From NCBI RefSeq assembly GCF_947490405.1, contig NZ_CANLGU010000006.1, positions 103,410 through 167,409 on the forward strand: 64,000 nucleotides of DNA, in the 5' to 3' direction. A model generated the notes under the pieces. The model was not told where the DNA came from. It was given only the letters and a program-made list of their open reading frames with translations, and ran no database searches. Position 1 is the first letter of the stretch. Each line of letters begins with the position of its first letter. Below are positions 27,355 through 37,087 of this stretch, in pieces. Source of the stretch: an uncultured Algibacter sp. (GTDB taxonomy: Bacteria; Bacteroidota; Bacteroidia; Flavobacteriales; Flavobacteriaceae). Both the position numbers and the translations under genes were made by a program.

Positions 27355-29316
27355 ATGGAACACAACTCAACTTTTCCTATAAAATTAACTGAACTTGATA
27401 TGCTTCGCGATGAAGCTTCCTCATACCTTAAAAGTATACAATGGGAGCAAGGATCTCGTGCAAAAAACAGAGATAAAGATGCCAAAGATGAATCGATATT
27501 ACTGTACTTGTCAAGAGCAAATAATGGCAGTTCTGTTAGTGTAACTTCGGTTTCAAAAACCATTTTAGGTTTAAAAAAGAGGTTATTGCCAGATTCTGTA
27601 GCGCTTCCTATTTATTTGAATCAAACTTTATACGCGGTTCAGGAGGGTATTACACTAGGTATATGGATAAAAGATAGTTATTACGATGCGTCAGGATTAT
27701 CTAGTTTAAATGAAAATAAATCAGCTTTAGATAGTAACGGAAAACGAGAATTTGAAAGCAAAATGCTCACCGCCACGGCGTTTATGTTATTTGCTCAAGC
27801 CTATAAAATATTACACGATTTAAAACCGCATGCGTCAGATGATTTAAGTGTGATGAAACAGAAATTTGCTGGTATTCCTGAAGTGTCTTTAATGTCGCCT
27901 ATAAAAGGTATTTCCTGTAGTTTATTTTATTATGACAAGTATTTAGATCATCCAGAAATCATAAAGTCTGATAAAGATGTTATCGATTTCACGGTAGTGT
28001 ATTTCGAGGCTTTAATTGATGAAATTCAGTTACGAAAAAGTAGTTTAGAATACACTGAAACTATTGAAGATAGAACGTATAAGTTAGAAAAATCGGAGTT
28101 TGCAGTTTCGGGTTGGAATAATGTATTTCAAGGTACCGCAAAAAGTGTAGAATTTAATAAAATACAGTTTGAACAAATTGTAGGTAACCGAGATGCAAAG
28201 CATTTTGCACGACGTTTAACAGAGCGTATGTTAAGCTACGATTTTACGGCTAAGAAAAACCCGTTTCAAGAGTTAGGTGGTTTTATGCCTGTGTTTATGG
28301 GCTATGGCATTCCGGGAACAGGAAAAAGTATGTTAATTGCAGCCATTGCTACACGGTTAAAGGAGCATTGTGATACGTTGGATATTCCGTTTTTATTCCA
28401 CCCAATGCCAGATACCTTGATTTCCACTTTCCAAGGTGGTTCAGCTGAAAAAATGGTAGCGTGGATGAAACCTATGCAAGACCCTTCAAAATTAATTTTC
28501 GCACCTATTGATGATGCCGAAAATAATTTACAAGAACGAACTGCTCAAGGTGTTTCGGCTGGCGTGAAAGAAGTTATTGGTGTGTTTTTAAGATATACTG
28601 AAGGCGCTTATGCAGTTAACTATGGTAATAGTTCTATAGGTTTATTTACAAACTTGCCAGAAATGCTAGATAAAGCAGTTATTTCTCGTGTTCAAGGTCG
28701 TTTTAAAATTGATGGAGCAAGAACAGAACATGATTTCCTAGATCAAGATCATTTATGGTGGCGAAAATTAGATGACACCATGCCAGATTTTGTAAATATG
28801 CAAGGGCCAGAAAATTATAGTTATCTGCAAGATCAAGGGTTAGCAAAAAATATGGGAGATATTTTGAGTAATGTTGATAAACCTACTGAAGCTCGTGTTC
28901 ATAAGGTTTATGATAGTGTAGAAAAACATTTTAAAACCAATCAACATTTATTTTATGCAAACTTGTATAAAGAAATGCAAGCAGTATTTCCGTTCTTTTC
29001 ATCTCGTGATGTGCGTAATATTCAATCAGCTATTTCATTGCGATTAACCGATTTTGATTTGGAAGAAGATTGGTTCGAAAATCCAGAAATCTATTTTAAA
29101 CAAGATTATGATACTAAGTTTAATATGCTTCAAGAATTGATGCGAGGCAATATGAAAGGCTTAGATTTTTCTGAGATTAGAAGACAAGAAGTCGTGCGTT
29201 ATTTAGATAATGTAGCAACTATTGCTGATACTGATTTTAAACGAAAAGTAGATGCTAGAGTGAATCAGTTACATATTGAAACTGAAGCAAGAAAAACGTT
29301 TGGTAATGAAAAATAA
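27355..29316 (+). CDS. AAA-family ATPase with uncharacterised N-terminal domain
   Basis: Walker A GIPGTGKS, Walker B LIFAPIDD, second region of homology FTNLPEMLDKAVISR. Confidence 0.9.
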   Translation: MEHNSTFPIKLTELDMLRDEASSYLKSIQWEQGSRAKNRDKDAKDESILLYLSRANNGSSVSVTSVSKTILGLKKRLLPDSVALPIYLNQTLYAVQEGITLGIWIKDSYYDASGLSSLNENKSALDSNGKREFESKMLTATAFMLFAQAYKILHDLKPHASDDLSVMKQKFAGIPEVSLMSPIKGISCSLFYYDKYLDHPEIIKSDKDVIDFTVVYFEALIDEIQLRKSSLEYTETIEDRTYKLEKSEFAVSGWNNVFQGTAKSVEFNKIQFEQIVGNRDAKHFARRLTERMLSYDFTAKKNPFQELGGFMPVFMGYGIPGTGKSMLIAAIATRLKEHCDTLDIPFLFHPMPDTLISTFQGGSAEKMVAWMKPMQDPSKLIFAPIDDAENNLQERTAQGVSAGVKEVIGVFLRYTEGAYAVNYGNSSIGLFTNLPEMLDKAVISRVQGRFKIDGARTEHDFLDQDHLWWRKLDDTMPDFVNMQGPENYSYLQDQGLAKNMGDILSNVDKPTEARVHKVYDSVEKHFKTNQHLFYANLYKEMQAVFPFFSSRDVRNIQSAISLRLTDFDLEEDWFENPEIYFKQDYDTKFNMLQELMRGNMKGLDFSEIRRQEVVRYLDNVATIADTDFKRKVDARVNQLHIETEARKTFGNEK

Positions 29317-29890
29317 GCAGATTAAAAATATAAATAAGAAGCTGCTTTCAGACAACTATTATATTCTCAATAGAGTCAATTTTGATTATTTGATGCCTAA
29401 TGGCAAATGGGTAAACCAAATGCGTGAGGTTTATGATAGAGGAGATGGTGCAGGAATTCTTCTTTATAATAAGGAAAAACAAACTGTAATTTTAACAAAG
29501 CAATTTAGAATGCCAACCTATTTGAATGATAATAAAGATGGTATGTTGGTTGAAGTTGCCGCAGGCATGTTGGATAAAGATAACCCTGAAGCTTGTATAA
29601 TTAGAGAAACTGAAGAAGAAGTTGGATATCGTTTAAAATCAGTTAAAAAGATTTATGAAGCCTATTCTTCTCCTGGAGTGATGACTGAGAAAATGCATTT
29701 TTTTATTGGTGAATACACCGATGATATGAAAGTGAATGAAGGTGGTGGTTTAGATAATGAAGGTGAGGATATTGAGGTATTGGAAATTCCTTTTAAAGAA
29801 GCTATTAAAATGTTGAATAATGGAGAAATTGTAGATACAAGAACCATTGTATTGTTGCAGTATGCTATAATTCATAAGTTATTAGATTAA
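29306..29890 (+). CDS. nudK: GDP-mannose pyrophosphatase NudK/YffH-like Nudix hydrolase
   Basis: REVYDRGDGA, QFR, AGMLD...RETEEEVG Nudix box, SPG, GGG...EDIEVLE; overlaps the AAA gene end by 11 nt. Confidence 0.85.
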   Translation: MKNKQIKNINKKLLSDNYYILNRVNFDYLMPNGKWVNQMREVYDRGDGAGILLYNKEKQTVILTKQFRMPTYLNDNKDGMLVEVAAGMLDKDNPEACIIRETEEEVGYRLKSVKKIYEAYSSPGVMTEKMHFFIGEYTDDMKVNEGGGLDNEGEDIEVLEIPFKEAIKMLNNGEIVDTRTIVLLQYAIIHKLLD

Positions 29891-29891
29891 T

Positions 29892-31127
29892 ATGGACAAA
29901 CTAAAACAAGCCAAATTATATAGAAGTGAACTTATTCCCGTTAGCGGGAAACTTGTAGAGCGTTATAACAAATGCTTGGTTAAACTTGGTTTTACAGAAA
30001 CTAAGCTTAAGACTTTTCATATTGATGGTATGGGGTGGAGTCCGGAAATCGCTGAAGAAAAAGACGATAATAGTTATCTAAATAACGGAGAAGCAAATCC
30101 ACATGGCATTATAATTTCACCACTTCAAAAAGGGAAACCTGTGTATTTGCCGTTTCATACGTTTGATAGAGATATCATGAAATTTGTCTTTAAAATTCAT
30201 GGTGAAAAAATTAAAGATATCACAAGAGATTGTGCAATTTGTTTGGATTTCGATCAAGGCGTTGATGCGTTTTATGAGCCGCTGGATGTTTTGAAATATG
30301 ATAAGATAACCATCAACTTTCACTTGATTGATAGATTATGGTATATTCAAAAAGAGCAATTACAGCTTGTAGAAAGATTCAATACTGGTAATAATTTTAT
30401 AGATGAAAATTTACATCAAGAGCTTTTAGCTTTAGCAAAGGCTTATGGAGATTTACGTGAACGTGATTTGGACTTGCACCAATTACAATTTGCAACAGAT
30501 TCATTTTATACAAGAGCTTTTGGAGGTGTTTATGTATTACGAGATTTTATAAAACCCATAATCGTTTTTGAAGATGAAACTTGGCATAAAGAAGCTATAA
30601 AAGATACAAACCATGATGTGTTGATATATCATATTGAGCAGCCTGAGCTTATGGATAAACTCAGAGACCATGTTATTATTGAGTATGATTTAGAAAAAGT
30701 AGTTGAAACCAAACGCTATCAGCGTATCAAGAAATTTGAAATGGTTCAGCATCTTAAAAAGTCTCAACATCCAATAAAAGATATTTTAAATGACCCAATT
30801 TTGTTTAAAAGTTATTTAAATAAACTAGATATTAAAGCTAGAAAAAAAGTTATGAGTGTTGAGCGCTATCTAGAAAAATTAGAAACGAGCAATCAATTTA
30901 AAATAGCTGATATTGTTGATGAAAAACTTTTTGAGGCCTTACATCAACCGCATTCTTCATTAGATGCTAAACATCAAGATCTAATCTGGAAGTTACTCGT
31001 TAATATTTCAGAAAAAGACGTTTTATATTGGTATTGGTATGATAAAGAAGCGTTTTATAACAGTTTTAAAACTTGGGATGATTCGTTTAAGGAATGGGCA
31101 ATAGAAACGATTAGTAACAATATTTAA
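29892..31127 (+). CDS. DUF6638-like hypothetical protein
   Basis: LVERYN, FHIDGMGWSPEIA, FYTRAFGGVY motifs recalled from DUF6638; not database-verified. Confidence 0.7.
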   Translation: MDKLKQAKLYRSELIPVSGKLVERYNKCLVKLGFTETKLKTFHIDGMGWSPEIAEEKDDNSYLNNGEANPHGIIISPLQKGKPVYLPFHTFDRDIMKFVFKIHGEKIKDITRDCAICLDFDQGVDAFYEPLDVLKYDKITINFHLIDRLWYIQKEQLQLVERFNTGNNFIDENLHQELLALAKAYGDLRERDLDLHQLQFATDSFYTRAFGGVYVLRDFIKPIIVFEDETWHKEAIKDTNHDVLIYHIEQPELMDKLRDHVIIEYDLEKVVETKRYQRIKKFEMVQHLKKSQHPIKDILNDPILFKSYLNKLDIKARKKVMSVERYLEKLETSNQFKIADIVDEKLFEALHQPHSSLDAKHQDLIWKLLVNISEKDVLYWYWYDKEAFYNSFKTWDDSFKEWAIETISNNI

Positions 31128-31158
31128 TGATTATTGACTAATTTTATTGAAACGTTTT

Positions 31159-31523
31159 GTCATTCCGCACTTGATGCGGAATCCAAATAAAGCATGATAG
31201 GGAATTATCATCAATACTATGTCTATATTTTATCAAATATGGAAAACGGAACTTTATATATTGGTGTAAAAAATGATTTGGAAAGACGAATGTTTGAGCA
31301 TAAACGTAAAATGGCAGCAGGTTTTACCTCAAAATATGGTTTGGGTAAATTGATGTATTTTGAACAATTTCAATATATTGATGATGCTATTAAGAGAGAA
31401 AAACAGTTAAAGAACTGGAATCGAGAATGGAAAATAGATTTAATTGAAGAAGAGAATAAGAATTGGAATGATTTGTCTTCGGATTGGATATATTAATGGA
31501 TTCCGCATCAAGTGCGGAATGAC
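31159..31523 (+). mobile_element. GIY-YIG gene cassette bounded by 26-bp perfect inverted REP hairpins
   Basis: GTCATTCCGCACTTGATGCGGAATCC (31159-31184) and its exact reverse complement (31498-31523) enclose the gene. Confidence 0.8.
31194..31496 (+). CDS. GIY-YIG nuclease family protein
   Basis: YVYIL...LYIG...LERR...H...REKQLKNW. Confidence 0.92.
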   Translation: MIGNYHQYYVYILSNMENGTLYIGVKNDLERRMFEHKRKMAAGFTSKYGLGKLMYFEQFQYIDDAIKREKQLKNWNREWKIDLIEEENKNWNDLSSDWIY

Positions 31524-31541
31524 AAGTAATACATAAAAATT

Positions 31542-32057
31542 ATGACACTAGAACTCATTGTATTTATTGGCGCTATACTTTTTGGAATCTTTTTATATTG
31601 GAGAGAATCCAAAGGAAACGGACTTTATAGGTTTTTTAATAAAATTATAAATTCGAAAGAACTTCAAATGAAACCTGAAGACAAAACAGGTTTTGTATAT
31701 CAGCAAACATTTTTATTACGATTGGTTTTTATTGGGTTTCTGTTTTTAATCGGAATAGTAGTAACACGTTTTTTAATTCCTATTGATATTGCGACTATAT
31801 CCATTTTTGCTTCTATGATTGTTGGAACGATAGCTGGAACTTATTTAGCAAATTTTATTTTTAAATCTAGTGAGGTCATCGAAGAAAAAAGCGACTCCAT
31901 TGAAGATATGGTTCAAGATACTATTGAAAAGGGAAAAGACTTTATAGAAGACTTAAAAACGAAAGATGCAGAAGAAGTTGTTGAAGAAATTAATGAAAAA
32001 CCAAAAGTAGAGGAAAAGAGTGCAAGAGAGCGCTTGAAGGATAAAGGGTTGTTGTAA
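31542..32057 (+). CDS. Hypothetical membrane protein (3 TM, acidic C-tail)
   Basis: Hydrophobic segments and an E/D/K-rich C-terminus. Confidence 0.78.
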   Translation: MTLELIVFIGAILFGIFLYWRESKGNGLYRFFNKIINSKELQMKPEDKTGFVYQQTFLLRLVFIGFLFLIGIVVTRFLIPIDIATISIFASMIVGTIAGTYLANFIFKSSEVIEEKSDSIEDMVQDTIEKGKDFIEDLKTKDAEEVVEEINEKPKVEEKSARERLKDKGLL

Positions 32058-32059
32058 CT

Positions 32060-32133
32060 GTCACTCCTGTGAAAGCAGGAATCCATTAAATATTTAAGTT
32101 AAACTAATAAAATTCCTGCTTTTCAGGAATGAC
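32060..32133. repeat. REP family B inverted doublet (REPIN-like)
   Basis: GTCACTCCTGTGAAAGCAGGAATCC (32060-32084) facing AATTCCTGCTTTTCAGGAATGAC (32111-32133). Confidence 0.8.
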
Positions 32134-32140
32134 AAAAATT

Positions 32141-33838
32141 ATGATAAAAACATACTGGAATAAAGGAAAGAAGCAAAAAGCAATAACTATTATCGTTTCA
32201 TTCATTCTACTTATAGCATTATTTGTTTTACGTGATGATTATCAACCAGCGTTGTTATTTGTAAGAAAATTTATTTTCATAATCTTACTAAGTAGTATTG
32301 TATTATTTTTAGGTTTAAGAAAATTCAGAAAGTCGGCAAGCACAGGAGGTCGATTAGGGATTTTAGCATTATTAGTGATATTCTTTGGGATTTTATATGT
32401 AGTTGGTTGGCATTTTAAAATGTATGATTACATGAAAACGTACAATGTGTTTAACCATCTAAACAAAGTTGAAATTGGTGAATTACCTTTAACTCAAAAT
32501 GAACGTATTCAGCCTTTAAGAAACGTTTTTTCTATGGCCAATGAAAGTGTAGGTGAGACTAAAGATGTATCATTACCACACTTAGTTAGGATAGGTGACG
32601 AGAATAAATGGACTATGGCCATTCAACCAACAGAAAAGTATATGTGGCAAGGTATGACTGATAATACAGAAGAAGTTTTTGCTGTATCAAGTACAACGCC
32701 TTTTCCAAGGTTTTCAAGCGAAAATAGAATTCCTGTGACGTTTTCAATTGGTGAATCCTTAAAATTTAGTAGAAACACTTATAATGCTGTAGTACAGCGT
32801 TTCAATTTTTTCCAACTATTCACAATGGAACCAAGTGACACGTATTATATGAAAAACGATTCAGGACAATGGGTTCAAGTAGTGAGTTTAATAAAATGGA
32901 AAGGTTTTTTATTTCCATACCCAACCTTTGGAGGTGTTATGGTTATTGATAATGGTGAACATGATTTTAATGATTATATAGAGCGTATCTTAATAGGAAA
33001 AGGAACTTATGTTAGTCCTGAGAATATGAAAAACCATAAGTATTTAACAAGACAAAATACTTTAGCTGAAAAAGTATCAAGATTACAAGCAGAGTCCTTA
33101 AAATTCTTAGGTGGGTTTAGTGATCCATTACCTTGGAACATGGAAACTGCTGTGAAAATCCCTGAAATGCCAAAAGACCAGAATCAACAACCTTATGTTA
33201 CAGATTTTGATTTTTCAGGTACAGAAACAGGTGCTTTTAGTGGCTTATACCACTGGTTTGGTTTAGAGCCGGTAGGAGACGAACGTACTAGTTTAAGCTT
33301 TAGTGTTTTTGTTCCTGCTGATGGTACTGATAAATTATATTATTATAATCATGCTGCTAAAAAACAAGGGTATGCTGGTGTTTCGGCAATGCCTTTAAAA
33401 GTAAAAGAATCGAGAAAAGAATATGATTGGACAGCCAATACACCAGTTGAATTTAGACCATACATAAAGGATATTGCAGGCAAAAAGCGTATGTTTTTTA
33501 TGGGAACCGTATCTTCAATAAGTGATACCGATTCAAAACAATTTGATGGTTCTGCAACACCAGACTTAGTACTTATTGATAGTGAATATAGAGATGTGGT
33601 TTGGATTGATGTGAAACACCCAAGCCAATGGAATAAAACTGTTTATGACCAGTTAAATGAAGCATGGCGTTCTAGTGAAAAGATTGGTTATTATTTTGTT
33701 GAAGAAACTAAAGAAATTGATATTGCTCAAAAAGTTGTTGATTCAATAAACGCAATGCCACAAGTAGATAAGAAATCTGAAGAAATTGAGAGATTACAGA
33801 AGCAAATTGATTCTTTGAAGGCTTTGAATAATCAGTGA
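32141..33838 (+). CDS. Hypothetical membrane-anchored protein with large extracytoplasmic beta-rich domain
   Basis: Three N-terminal TMs, long soluble domain, C-terminal short coiled coil. The ATG at 32129 lies inside the REP, so 32141 is preferred. Confidence 0.8.
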   Translation: MIKTYWNKGKKQKAITIIVSFILLIALFVLRDDYQPALLFVRKFIFIILLSSIVLFLGLRKFRKSASTGGRLGILALLVIFFGILYVVGWHFKMYDYMKTYNVFNHLNKVEIGELPLTQNERIQPLRNVFSMANESVGETKDVSLPHLVRIGDENKWTMAIQPTEKYMWQGMTDNTEEVFAVSSTTPFPRFSSENRIPVTFSIGESLKFSRNTYNAVVQRFNFFQLFTMEPSDTYYMKNDSGQWVQVVSLIKWKGFLFPYPTFGGVMVIDNGEHDFNDYIERILIGKGTYVSPENMKNHKYLTRQNTLAEKVSRLQAESLKFLGGFSDPLPWNMETAVKIPEMPKDQNQQPYVTDFDFSGTETGAFSGLYHWFGLEPVGDERTSLSFSVFVPADGTDKLYYYNHAAKKQGYAGVSAMPLKVKESRKEYDWTANTPVEFRPYIKDIAGKKRMFFMGTVSSISDTDSKQFDGSATPDLVLIDSEYRDVVWIDVKHPSQWNKTVYDQLNEAWRSSEKIGYYFVEETKEIDIAQKVVDSINAMPQVDKKSEEIERLQKQIDSLKALNNQ

Positions 33839-33899
33839 TTATCTGCTATTTCATGTAACATTTTTTTGATATTTATGACATATAATATAAAGGTAAGTC

Positions 33900-34394
33900 A
33901 TGGGTGGTTACATAGGTTTTGGGTTGCAAAAATGGATTTATTCTAGAAATCCTAGAAAGAAGATGTTCGAAAAAGAAAGACCATCTTCATTTACTTCCCT
34001 GCCAAAATATTCAAGAGGTTTTAAGCTACAAACTAGTATTATTGAAAATAAAAAGTTGATGGGTTTACTAACTGTTTTGATAACAATTTGCTTTTTAGTG
34101 GTTATAAATCTAACCTATAATAAATTCAATAATTATTCAAATGAGTATAATAAAAAAATGAGTGCATATCATAACTATAAAAATGATAAAGCATTCAATT
34201 TTTTAATGGATTCTGGTAAATACCTATTGGAAAGTAATAAAATGTTAGAAGCTTATTCTGAATTTAAATTAGCTTATAATATTCGCCCTAATGATAAAGA
34301 ACTAAATCAGTTAATGATAGAAACTCTAATAGCACTTTGTGATGAAAAACTTAGATATTGTGATGAATTAGATTCTATGATATCAAACTTTTAA
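33900..34394 (+). CDS. Hypothetical single-TM protein with TPR-like helices
   Basis: Central TM; AYSEFKLAYNIRPND helix pair. Confidence 0.6.
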   Translation: MGGYIGFGLQKWIYSRNPRKKMFEKERPSSFTSLPKYSRGFKLQTSIIENKKLMGLLTVLITICFLVVINLTYNKFNNYSNEYNKKMSAYHNYKNDKAFNFLMDSGKYLLESNKMLEAYSEFKLAYNIRPNDKELNQLMIETLIALCDEKLRYCDELDSMISNF

Positions 34395-34414
34395 CTCTAA
34401 TTTTTATGAATTAA

Positions 34415-35365
34415 CTAAAACACCAACTCCATCTTAATATTACTACGTTTGTAGGGACTATTTGGTTCTACTGGGACTTCAATAAAGCCATATTTTCTGT
34501 ATATATAAATGGCGTTTTCTAATTTTCGGTTAGAGTAGAGAATAAGCTTTGGTAAACCCATCAATTTTGCATAATCTATACAAAACTGCATAAGTTTTTG
34601 TCCTATTTTATGTCCACGATGTTTAGGAGATACTGCCATTTTAGTGAGTTCATAATGCCCATCATTACCTATAGGCATCAAAGCTACAGTGCCAACAATG
34701 TCCTTTTCTAATTGTGCAAAAAAAATATGTCCCCCTTTATTAATAATATACTTTTCTGGGTTACTTAAAACCTCTTCATCATAGGGTTCAACATAAAAAT
34801 AGGTTTTTAACCATTCAACATTCAAATTATAAAAGTGTTGCGAAAAATCATTTTTATATGAAACAATATTTATATCTCGAGTTACTCTCGTTTTTACGTC
34901 TTCAATAACAGTATTACTAAAGCTTTTTTCATTCAGCTTATTTTCAAGAGTGTTAAGGTGTTTTATTAGAGAAGACGATTGTTCTAATGTATATTCCTTT
35001 ATAATCTTATCAATACTTTTCCAAATGGGTTTTAATTGCGTTAGTGTTTTTTTACCCTTTTCAGATAAGTGAATTATTTTTTTTCTTTTGTCTAATTTAT
35101 CATTCTTTAAATTTATCAAACCTTTTTTATTCAGTTTATTTAAAGCTTGTGTAATTGCTGGTTGTGTATATTTTAGTGAATTCTGAATTTCAGAATTAGT
35201 AACCCCATTTTTATTTGATATTATTTTATATATAGGAAATAAATAAGGATCAAAATTTATATTAAAATGATTGTAAACCAATAGTGTTTCTTTCATTAGA
35301 TACTCACTAACACGTTTTAATCGAGAACCTAAACCTAATTCACCATAACCTTTTAAAGCATCCAT
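34415..35365 (-). CDS. MarR-GNAT fusion regulator/acetyltransferase
   Basis: N-terminal LGSRLKR/TQPAITQ wHTH; C-terminal ELTKMAVSPKHRGHKIG GNAT. Confidence 0.9.
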   Translation of the reverse strand: MDALKGYGELGLGSRLKRVSEYLMKETLLVYNHFNINFDPYLFPIYKIISNKNGVTNSEIQNSLKYTQPAITQALNKLNKKGLINLKNDKLDKRKKIIHLSEKGKKTLTQLKPIWKSIDKIIKEYTLEQSSSLIKHLNTLENKLNEKSFSNTVIEDVKTRVTRDINIVSYKNDFSQHFYNLNVEWLKTYFYVEPYDEEVLSNPEKYIINKGGHIFFAQLEKDIVGTVALMPIGNDGHYELTKMAVSPKHRGHKIGQKLMQFCIDYAKLMGLPKLILYSNRKLENAIYIYRKYGFIEVPVEPNSPYKRSNIKMELVF

Positions 35366-35377
35366 ATTAATAATTAT

Positions 35378-35389
35378 ATAAGTACTTAT
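35378..35389. promoter_or_regulatory. Candidate autoregulatory operator of MarR-GNAT
   Basis: Palindrome ATAAGTACTTAT 13 nt upstream of the start codon. Confidence 0.45.
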
Positions 35390-35896
35390 GTAAAAGTAGG
35401 TGTTTTTCTAATTAACTAAAAATTATATTTGGATATTTTATGATTTTATAAAGAAATGGGAGTAAATTTATTAAGTAGTCATAACTATTTTTTATTGATT
35501 CTAACATTATAATGCATAAAACTAAAGTTTAAATATTGGTTGTTTTTTGTATTTAACAAAATTTTAAATGTATTGATTAAAACCTTTTATATTCATAGTT
35601 TTCTTTGATTTTAAAAGGTGTAGATGCCTTTTGAAAAGCCTAAAATAATGTGCATAACATCCAAACTTTTAAGTTGTTCGTATATGTTATAAATGCTAAT
35701 TAATATTTGATATGTTGATATAATCTGGATGAGCCAGAGCAATTGTTTAAAAATTTATTAAACGTGTTTTAATTAAATGAAACCTGTTTATTCATAAAAA
35801 ATAAATAAATTGTGAAAATTGATATTAAATGATTATTTACAGCATTTAGAGAAGAAACAAAATTAGATTAACCTTAAACAATTAAAACAAGTAATT

Positions 35897-36775
35897 ATGG
35901 AAAACAATAAGAGTAACACAGGGCTTAAAGTTGGACTTGGTATTGCACTAGTTTTATTTTTAGCTACAGGATTCTATACAATGAATTTATACAACAGTAG
36001 CAAAAAAGTGCAAAATGAGCTAACAGAAGAGAAGCAATTAGTAATGAATGATTTAAACGCTATGGCAAAGCAATATGATGATGCTATAGGAGAAAATGAG
36101 GTTGCTAATGCTAACTTGATAGAAGCAAGAGGTCGTATTCAAGGATTAATTGATTCTTTAAAAATCTCTGAAACTAATGTAAAGAGTTTATGGAGATATA
36201 AAAGAAAATACCAATCTTTACAGAAAGAAATGGATGTGTTATTGGCTCAAAATGACTCATTACGAGTTGAAAACTCTTATTTGGCAACATCATTAGACAG
36301 TACTCGTGTACGTTTGGAAGAGCGCACTGTTTTTACAGATTCTTTACTAGTTCAAAACAATGCTTTAGCTGAAGTTGTTGAAAATGCAGCGGTATTAAAT
36401 ACAGTAGGATTAAAAGGATTTGGAGTTATTGAACGAACTTCAGGGAAGCTAATCCCTACTGAAAGAGCTAAAAGAGCTGATAAAATTAGAGTTTGTTTTA
36501 CAGTGGCTAAAAATACTTTAGTACAAGCTGGAGATCAAGAATTGTATGTACAAGTTATTGATCCAAAGAACAATACTTTAGGTTTAAACGAACAAGTTGC
36601 TTTTGATGAGAAAACACTAAACTATAGTACAATAAGTAAGTTTAACTATGAAAATTCTAGTTTGAATGTATGTGAGTTTGTAACTTCAAAGAACGAATTT
36701 GAAAAAGGACGTTATATAGTTAATGTATTTAATGCAAAAAATTTAGTATCTAGTTCAGAATTTACTTTAAAGTAA
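35897..36775 (+). CDS. Membrane-anchored coiled-coil protein
   Basis: N-terminal TM, long heptad region, beta-rich C-terminal domain. Confidence 0.75.
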   Translation: MENNKSNTGLKVGLGIALVLFLATGFYTMNLYNSSKKVQNELTEEKQLVMNDLNAMAKQYDDAIGENEVANANLIEARGRIQGLIDSLKISETNVKSLWRYKRKYQSLQKEMDVLLAQNDSLRVENSYLATSLDSTRVRLEERTVFTDSLLVQNNALAEVVENAAVLNTVGLKGFGVIERTSGKLIPTERAKRADKIRVCFTVAKNTLVQAGDQELYVQVIDPKNNTLGLNEQVAFDEKTLNYSTISKFNYENSSLNVCEFVTSKNEFEKGRYIVNVFNAKNLVSSSEFTLK

Positions 36776-36800
36776 GCATAGTTTACATATCACTTAAGGT

Positions 36801-36833
36801 AAAAAACCTCAAACGTAATGTTTGAGGTTTTTT
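36801..36833 (+). terminator. Intrinsic terminator
   Basis: AAAAAACCTCAAAC-GTAAT-GTTTGAGGTTTTTT. Confidence 0.8.
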
Positions 36834-37087
36834 TTATTTAATAATATTACTTAGGAAGACTATGTTTTTAGATGGATTTATATTAAATGATAGTATTTCA
36901 ATTAACAGGTAAACAATTTTATATGCTAATTATAGATTAATTAATGGATTATTTCTAAAACATATTATTTTTATCTAATACTCAAGCCATTAACTTTTTA
37001 AAGAGACTATAACCAACCTGTCTTTTTAATAACAAAACCATTTATGTTACCAACCACAAATGGAGATGTTTTTAAAATGTAAATAGT

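Noticed and set aside
15900-33900. Impression of slightly higher GC/codon shift suggesting one large genomic island
   Set aside because: Not quantified, no integrase or tRNA boundary, and the region contains core genes such as ettA. A sliding-window GC and codon analysis would be needed.
35897-36775. Possible ParA/SMC-like chromosome protein
   Set aside because: No Walker A motif; only a TM plus coiled coil.
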